From a bacterium (lineage in GTDB: Bacteria; RBG-13-61-14; DATKZS01), in assembly GCA_963674965.2 (NCBI GenBank), contig CAXXFL010000003.1, forward strand, positions 128,001-192,000: DNA of 64,000 nucleotides, in the 5' to 3' direction. Shown one piece after another: positions 58,648-64,000 of this stretch (position 1 is its first letter; every line of letters begins with the position of its first letter). Position numbers and translations under genes: made by a program. Below the pieces are notes generated by a model, which did not search any database, had not been told where the DNA came from, and saw only the letters and a program-made list of their open reading frames with translations.

Positions 58648-59661
58648 CTAGATGGGGGCCTCCTCTTCCCTTACCGTGCCCCTTACCAGAAGCCACACGA
58701 AAAACGGGCCGCCCAGCATGGCGGTTATTACTCCCACCGGAATCTCGGCCGGCGCGATCAGGGTCCTGGCCAGGGCGTCGCAGGCGGTAAGGAAAGCCCC
58801 CCCGAAAAGCAGGGTGGCCATGGACAGGTACTTGTGGTCGGGACCGACCAGGAGGCGGCAGATGTGAGGCGCCATCATGCCCACGAAGCCGATGGGACCG
58901 CAGATGGCCACCACGCCGCCCACCATGAGGGACGAGGCGAAAAAAAGGACGTTCTTGACGAGCGTCACGTTGGCCCCCCTCCCGGCGGCTATTTCCTCGC
59001 CGGCCGTGAGCAGGTTGAGCTCCCGTCCCAGGGCCAGGACCGCCGCCCAACCCACCAGGGCGAAGGGAAGAAGGTTCAGGACCGAGTCGTATCCCACCAC
59101 TCGAAGCTCTCCCATCAGCCAGCGCACGATGCGGAAGGACTGGGTAAAGTCGCTTATATACTGCATGAAAAGGATGAGGCTCGAGAAAAAGAAACTGACC
59201 GCCACCCCCGCCAGAAGCATGGTGGCCGTGCTGAAACCCCGCTTGACTCGCGTAAGGCCGTACACCAGCAGGATCGAAAGGCCCGCCCCCACGAAGGCGA
59301 AGTAGCTCACGCCGCCGATTCCGAGAAGGGAAAAGGACAGGCCCATCCGCACGTATAGGGCCGCTCCCATGGACGCCCCCGACGACACGCCGAGGGTAAA
59401 GGGCGTGGCCAGCGGGTTCCGGAACATGGACTGGAAAGCCAGGCCGCTAAGCGCCAGAGAAGCCCCCGCCAGAAAGGCCGTGAGCGACCGGGGCACGCGG
59501 ATGTTCCAGAAGACGTCCGCGTCCAGGGCCGAGGACGAGAAGGAAAGTATCTCGGCCGGAGAGACGGACTTGAACCCGATAAAGGGAGTGGCCAGGAGCG
59601 CCGCCAGGGCCGCGAGGAAAATCACGGCCATCATGGCCGCCCGAGCTCCTCCCGGTCTCAC
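58648..59661 (-). CDS. btuC: Cobalamin/iron-chelate ABC transporter permease
   Basis: IRVPR, FRNPLATPFTLGVSSGA, GPIGFVG and EIPVG. Lies under a B12 riboswitch. Confidence 0.88.
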   Translation of the reverse strand: MRPGGARAAMMAVIFLAALAALLATPFIGFKSVSPAEILSFSSSALDADVFWNIRVPRSLTAFLAGASLALSGLAFQSMFRNPLATPFTLGVSSGASMGAALYVRMGLSFSLLGIGGVSYFAFVGAGLSILLVYGLTRVKRGFSTATMLLAGVAVSFFFSSLILFMQYISDFTQSFRIVRWLMGELRVVGYDSVLNLLPFALVGWAAVLALGRELNLLTAGEEIAAGRGANVTLVKNVLFFASSLMVGGVVAICGPIGFVGMMAPHICRLLVGPDHKYLSMATLLFGGAFLTACDALARTLIAPAEIPVGVITAMLGGPFFVWLLVRGTVREEEAPI

Positions 59662-60443
59662 TTCCTCTCCATGGGCACGAGAAGCGGACGGTTCGAGGCC
59701 GGGTGAGGAGCGCGGATAAAGGGGACCCCGTATACTTCCTCGAGGGCAAGGCCGGCCGTCAGTTCCTCGATCGTTCCGTCGAATACCACTCTTCCCTCCT
59801 TAAGCGCCGCGGCCTTGGCCCCGTGCTGGACCGCCCCGTTGACGTCGTGGGTAACGGACACCACGGTCACCCCCTTTTCGCGGTTCAGCCGTCCCAGCGC
59901 CGAATGGACTTCCGCCTGGTGGCGGGGATCGAGGAAGGTGGTCGGCTCGTCAAGCAGCATGATCGGGGCCTCCTGTGCCATGGCGGCCGCGATGTATACC
60001 TTTTGCCTCTCCCCACCGCTCAAAGAGGAAAGAAGGCGTCGAGCCAGGTCCTCCGTGCCCGTAAGCGCCATGGCCTCCCCCGCGGCCCGCCTGTCCTCAC
60101 GGCTGAGCGAGGAAAATGGGCCACCGTAAGGATACCGGCTCATGAGAATGAACTCGAGAGCGCTGAAGGGACAATACTGCCCCTCAGACTGGGGAACGTA
60201 GCTGACCGTACGGGCCAGTTCCCTCCTCGAATAATCGAGCGAACGCCGTCCGTGGATCAGTATCTCGCCCGTCCAGCCCGAATGAAGGCGAAGAACGCAC
60301 TTGAGAAGGGTCGTCTTGCCGGCGCCGTTCGGTCCGATAATGGAAAGATAATCGCCCGACTCGGCGGAAAAGGAAACGCCCCGCAGGACGTCCTTGCCCC
60401 CCGTCCTGAAGGAAAGGTCCCGGACCTCGAGGGCCAGGCTCAT
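59658..60443 (-). CDS. btuD: Cobalamin/iron-chelate ABC transporter ATPase
   Basis: GPNGAGKTT, LSGGERQ, LLDEPT and VTHD. Confidence 0.88.
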   Translation of the reverse strand: MSLALEVRDLSFRTGGKDVLRGVSFSAESGDYLSIIGPNGAGKTTLLKCVLRLHSGWTGEILIHGRRSLDYSRRELARTVSYVPQSEGQYCPFSALEFILMSRYPYGGPFSSLSREDRRAAGEAMALTGTEDLARRLLSSLSGGERQKVYIAAAMAQEAPIMLLDEPTTFLDPRHQAEVHSALGRLNREKGVTVVSVTHDVNGAVQHGAKAAALKEGRVVFDGTIEELTAGLALEEVYGVPFIRAPHPASNRPLLVPMERK

Positions 60444-61387
60444 ATCTTCTCCCAGTCGGCCTCGGGATGGATCGCCCGGGACATGTCCTCCACGATACGG
60501 GCGAAACGGGGACCCGGGATCACCGAGTAATCGCCCGACATGACGTAAACCCGGCCGTTCCTCACCGCGCTTACACGCGAGAGAACGTTCCACCCGGCCT
60601 TGACCTCATCGGCCGAAAGGCCCGACTCGGCGAGGTTCGCGCCGAAATCGACGATCACCTCCGGGTCCATCACCAGTATCCCCTCCAAGCCCACCTTGGG
60701 ATACTTGAGGCCGTCACCTTTATAGACGTTATCGCCGCCCGACATTGCGATCATCTCGTCGTAAAAGCCGCCCTTGCCCGCTATGTATACCTCCTCGGCC
60801 GACTCGGGAGTAAGCTCCCGGCTGACCACCACCATCACGCGGGGGCGGTCGAGTCCGGCCGTGAGCTTCCGGACGCGTGCTATCTCGTCCTTAATTCCCC
60901 CCACCAGGCGCGCGGCCTCGTCTTCACGGCCGCAGGCGCGGCCTATAGCGGCGATGGAATCATACACGTGCTCGGAGGACTCGTGCTCCAGGGCCAGGCT
61001 CTTTATGCCCCTCTTCGAGACGAACGAATCCAGGTCCTCCATCTCCGCCGTCATCACCACCAGGTCGGGACGAAGAGTGACGATGGCCTCGTAATTCGGA
61101 TCGATAAGGCCGCCCACCTTGGGCAGGGACTTGACCTCGGGAGGATACTCGCAATAGCTCGATACTCCCACTACGCGGTCGCCAAGACCAAGCGCGAACA
61201 CGACCTCCGTCAAATGGGGGGCGATGGAAACGATCCGGCGGCATTCCGTCTTTTCCGGCCGCGCCGGGTCCTCCTTGTCGGAGGCCAAAGCCTTGCCCCG
61301 GGCCTCGCCCACGCAGCCCGCGAGAAAACACGCCGACGCCGCTAAAAGGAGCGCCGGCCCAAGGCGATTATCGAGTGTCTTTTTCAA
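60440..61387 (-). CDS. btuF: Cobalamin-binding lipoprotein
   Basis: Lipobox FLAGC, RIVSIAPHLTEVVFALG, YCEYP, PNYEAI and PGPRF. TTG start inferred from the RBS. Confidence 0.88.
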   Translation of the reverse strand: MKKTLDNRLGPALLLAASACFLAGCVGEARGKALASDKEDPARPEKTECRRIVSIAPHLTEVVFALGLGDRVVGVSSYCEYPPEVKSLPKVGGLIDPNYEAIVTLRPDLVVMTAEMEDLDSFVSKRGIKSLALEHESSEHVYDSIAAIGRACGREDEAARLVGGIKDEIARVRKLTAGLDRPRVMVVVSRELTPESAEEVYIAGKGGFYDEMIAMSGGDNVYKGDGLKYPKVGLEGILVMDPEVIVDFGANLAESGLSADEVKAGWNVLSRVSAVRNGRVYVMSGDYSVIPGPRFARIVEDMSRAIHPEADWEKI

Positions 61388-61534
61388 GCTTCCATCTCCC
61401 AGGGTCGTCCCGCCGGGCGAGGACATAAGGAAGGCGAACGAAAAAATCCCCGAGTCTTAAAGACCCGGGGACGCCGTATTCCGTCCGCCTCGATAAATAA
61501 TCCCGCCCGTTTCCCGAGGCTTCCCGTGTTATTT

Positions 61535-61690
61535 CGAGCAGGTCTTCTGGCTTCCGGCTCATCCTACCGGCCGCGCCTTCCCATCTTGATAGACAGTGGC
61601 CATCGCGGCTTTCGTCCCCGGTCACAGCGGCGGGTCCGCTACGGTTTCGCACCGTATTCCCTTTTAACGCCCAGCGGGCGACTCGCGTAT
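61535..61690 (-). promoter_or_regulatory. Cobalamin (B12) riboswitch
   Basis: Minus strand AAAAGGGAATACGGTGCGAAACCGTAGCGGACCCGCCGCTGT...GCCACTG...GGGAAGGC...AAGCCAGAAGACCTGC contains the B12 box. Upstream of btuF. Confidence 0.95.
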
Positions 61691-61697
61691 AAATTAT

Positions 61698-61726
61698 ATA
61701 ATAGGCCGTTAGGCCCGTTCAGTCAA
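61698..61726 (-). promoter_or_regulatory. Sigma70-type promoter for the riboswitch-btu transcript
   Basis: Minus strand TTGACT, 17-bp spacer, TATTAT immediately upstream of the riboswitch. Confidence 0.7.
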
Positions 61727-61772
61727 GATGGCCCGACGCGAATTGTCGGGCCCAGCCGGACCCGCCTTCGCC

Positions 61773-62675
61773 TTAAATAAGGCTGGTCGAGAAATACCTC
61801 TCGGCCCTGTCGGGAAGGACCGTCACCACCCTGAGGCCGTTGCCTATCTTCTCGGCCAGACGGAGAGCGGCCCAGACGTTGGCGCCCGAGCTGGTCCCCG
61901 CCAGGATGCCCTCGAGGCGGGCTATGCGGCGGGCCTCGTCCACGGCGTCCTCATCGCTGACCGTGATCACCTCGTCGATCATCTCCACGTCGAGCACCGC
62001 GGGGATGAACCCGTCCCCTATGCCCTGAATCTGGTGCAGGCCCGGCTCCTGGCCGAGGATGGCCGCCGAGTTCCTCGGCTCCACCGCCACCACCAGGATT
62101 TTCGGGTCCTTTTCCTTGAGGAACCGGCCCACGCCCTGCAGGGTCCCGCCGCTGCCCACGCCCGCCACGAAGGCGTCGATTTCGCCCTCCATCTGCTCCC
62201 ATATCTCGGCGGCCGTCTGGCTGTAATGCGCGCGGGGGTTGCCCTCGTTCTCGAACTGCTGGGGCACCCAGACGTTGGGGTCGGCGTCCCGCATCTCGTA
62301 AACCTTTCTGAGGCAGCCCTCGAGGCTTTCCTCGGCCGGCGTCAGGATCATCTCCCCGCCAAGGGCGCGGATGATCTTCTTCCTCTCCTCGCTCATGTTC
62401 TCCGGCATCACGATGGCAACCCGGTAGCCCTTCTGTACGCCCACCAGCACCATGCCTATGCCCGTGTTGCCCGAGCTGGCCTCGACGATGACCGAGCCGG
62501 GACGCAGAGCGCCCGCCTCCTCGGCCTCCTCGATAAGCAGCTTGGCAACCCGGTCCTTGATCGACCCGCCCGGGTTTAGAAGCTCGAGCTTGGCGAAGAT
62601 GTTCTTATCCGACAGTCTTTTCAGTTTCACCATGGGCGTTTGGCCGATGGCGTCCAAAACGGATTCCAGGTACAT
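61773..62675 (-). CDS. cysK: Cysteine synthase (CysK-like)
   Basis: IGQTP, KLELLNPGGSIKDR (PLP Lys), SSGNTG, GVGSGGT, HQIQGIGDGFIP and ERYFST. Confidence 0.9.
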   Translation of the reverse strand: MYLESVLDAIGQTPMVKLKRLSDKNIFAKLELLNPGGSIKDRVAKLLIEEAEEAGALRPGSVIVEASSGNTGIGMVLVGVQKGYRVAIVMPENMSEERKKIIRALGGEMILTPAEESLEGCLRKVYEMRDADPNVWVPQQFENEGNPRAHYSQTAAEIWEQMEGEIDAFVAGVGSGGTLQGVGRFLKEKDPKILVVAVEPRNSAAILGQEPGLHQIQGIGDGFIPAVLDVEMIDEVITVSDEDAVDEARRIARLEGILAGTSSGANVWAALRLAEKIGNGLRVVTVLPDRAERYFSTSLI

Positions 62676-62707
62676 CTGGGTCTCCTCGATAGGGGCGAAG
62701 GGGCGCC

Positions 62708-63487
62708 TCAGGATAGCTTGAGCCCGTCCTCCACGTATTTGCGGCCCTTGCTCGAGAGCTTGAAACGAACGGTCTTGCCCTGGTCGTGCTTGGCTATGAA
62801 GCCCGACCGCGTGGCGTGGTTGATCACCCGGTCGATGTTGTCGCCCGGGTCCTGGGACACGGCGCGGTAACATCTTTTGATCTCGGCCACGGTGAAGTCC
62901 GAGCCCTTGCCCTGGGTCTCCATGTAATGGCCGTAAACCATGACCCGGTCGTGATGGGTCCGGGGCTTAAGGTCCTCGTTGACCTTGCCCAGCTCCTCCG
63001 ACCGCACCCGGGGCGCGCGGCGCCGGGCGATAAACTCGGGCGGGGGCGGGGCCTTCTCGGCCGCTTCCCGCCTCGGTTCTCGAGGCGTCTCCTTTTCGTC
63101 GCAGATGGCCTCGGTGATGTCGTCAGGGCTCATCTGCCCTATCGAGTGCCGGGTGTATTCCTCGTGGACCTCGGTCGAGCTGAGGCTCGGCCGCTTGGGC
63201 TCCGAGAAAACGCGGGAGGGCGCGAACGGCCTGTCCATCCTTCCCGGCTGGGAAGGAGCGGAAGCGGGCTTGCCCTGAAACGAGCCGTTTTTCTGCTCCC
63301 TTGGGGGAGGGGCCGAAGGCGGACGAGGGGGAGGGGCGGGGGCCTTTTCGGCCGGGCCGGCCTCCTTGTCAAGACGAGCCAGGACCCGCATGATAAAGGG
63401 CTCGTATTGATGCATCTGTGACTCGACGAAACCCGGGTCGCCGGAAAACTCGACCGTGAACAATTCGCAGGAAAATTTGAACTCCAT
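62708..63487 (-). CDS. Hypothetical protein with a Pro-rich linker and C-terminal winged-helix-like domain
   Basis: Short N-terminal domain (VEFSGDPGFV), low-complexity linker and C-terminal FTVAEIKRCY...GFI...FKLSSKGRKYVE. Confidence 0.6.
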   Translation of the reverse strand: MEFKFSCELFTVEFSGDPGFVESQMHQYEPFIMRVLARLDKEAGPAEKAPAPPPRPPSAPPPREQKNGSFQGKPASAPSQPGRMDRPFAPSRVFSEPKRPSLSSTEVHEEYTRHSIGQMSPDDITEAICDEKETPREPRREAAEKAPPPPEFIARRRAPRVRSEELGKVNEDLKPRTHHDRVMVYGHYMETQGKGSDFTVAEIKRCYRAVSQDPGDNIDRVINHATRSGFIAKHDQGKTVRFKLSSKGRKYVEDGLKLS

Positions 63488-63614
63488 TTCTGATTCCTTT
63501 TTCTGGGGGTGCGCCTCGGCCCGAAGGCGGACGGACGTCATTATACGCTTATAATTTATCATGTTACGGCGGACGTTACAAGGAGGACAAAAAAACCTTT
63601 AAATACGGCCAACC

Positions 63615-64000
63615 TCAGGGAGGAAATTTGGCGAGCCTCGAGCCGAACAAATGCGTAGACAAATATCGGTCTCCCCCGTCGGGAAAAACCAGGACCAGGG
63701 TCGAGCCGGCCGCGAGGTCACGGGCCGCCTCGAGAGCGCCCCACAAAGCAGCGCCGCTGGAAATGCCCACCAAAAGGCCCTCCTCCATGGCCAGCCGCCG
63801 GGCGTACTCGAAGGCGCCCTCGTCCCTTACCATGATGGTACGGTCGATACGGCCGTGGTAATACAAGCCGGGACACATCGACTCCTCCATGTTCTTAAGG
63901 CCCGGTATGTGATGGCCCTTAACCGGCTCGACGGCTATGGCACGGACCTTCGGCTCCTTTTCCTTCAAGTAGCGGCTAACGCCCATCAGAGTGCCCGACG
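63615..64000 (-). CDS. Cysteine synthase family protein (CysM-like), 5' truncated by the window edge
   Basis: GTLMGVSRYLKE, HHIPGLKNM, EEGLLVGISSGAA and PDGGDRYLST. Confidence 0.88.
   Translation of the reverse strand, partial: SGTLMGVSRYLKEKEPKVRAIAVEPVKGHHIPGLKNMEESMCPGLYYHGRIDRTIMVRDEGAFEYARRLAMEEGLLVGISSGAALWGALEAARDLAAGSTLVLVFPDGGDRYLSTHLFGSRLAKFPP

Overview
GC-rich chromosomal window from an anaerobic Gram-negative bacterium. Gene content and order suggest a 'deltaproteobacterial' (Desulfobacterota/Myxococcota-like) lineage; this is an inference. Housekeeping blocks are glmU-glmS-pyrE, prmC-murA-hisD, suhB/macro/DHH, xth, a cobalamin-riboswitch-led btuF-btuD-btuC, two cysteine synthases and tRNA-Arg(ACG). 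They are interspersed with accessory envelope and lipid genes and three IS elements: a full-length ISL3 with an 8-bp target duplication, an intact IS110 and a decayed IS1380. The most striking locus is a four-gene redox operon (29123-36726) encoding NuoE, a NuoF/HydB-GltD fusion, a NuoG/HydA-like Fe-S arm fused to NfnA, and a canonical NfnB. It appears to join a HydABC/Bfu-type flavin module to an NfnAB transhydrogenase, with no hydrogenase or formate-dehydrogenase catalytic subunit. Second, the IS110 5' non-coding region folds into a two-loop RNA whose loops carry short matches to the flanking target and to the element's own end, as expected for a bridge/seekRNA. Family calls come from motif recognition by eye; no database searches were run.
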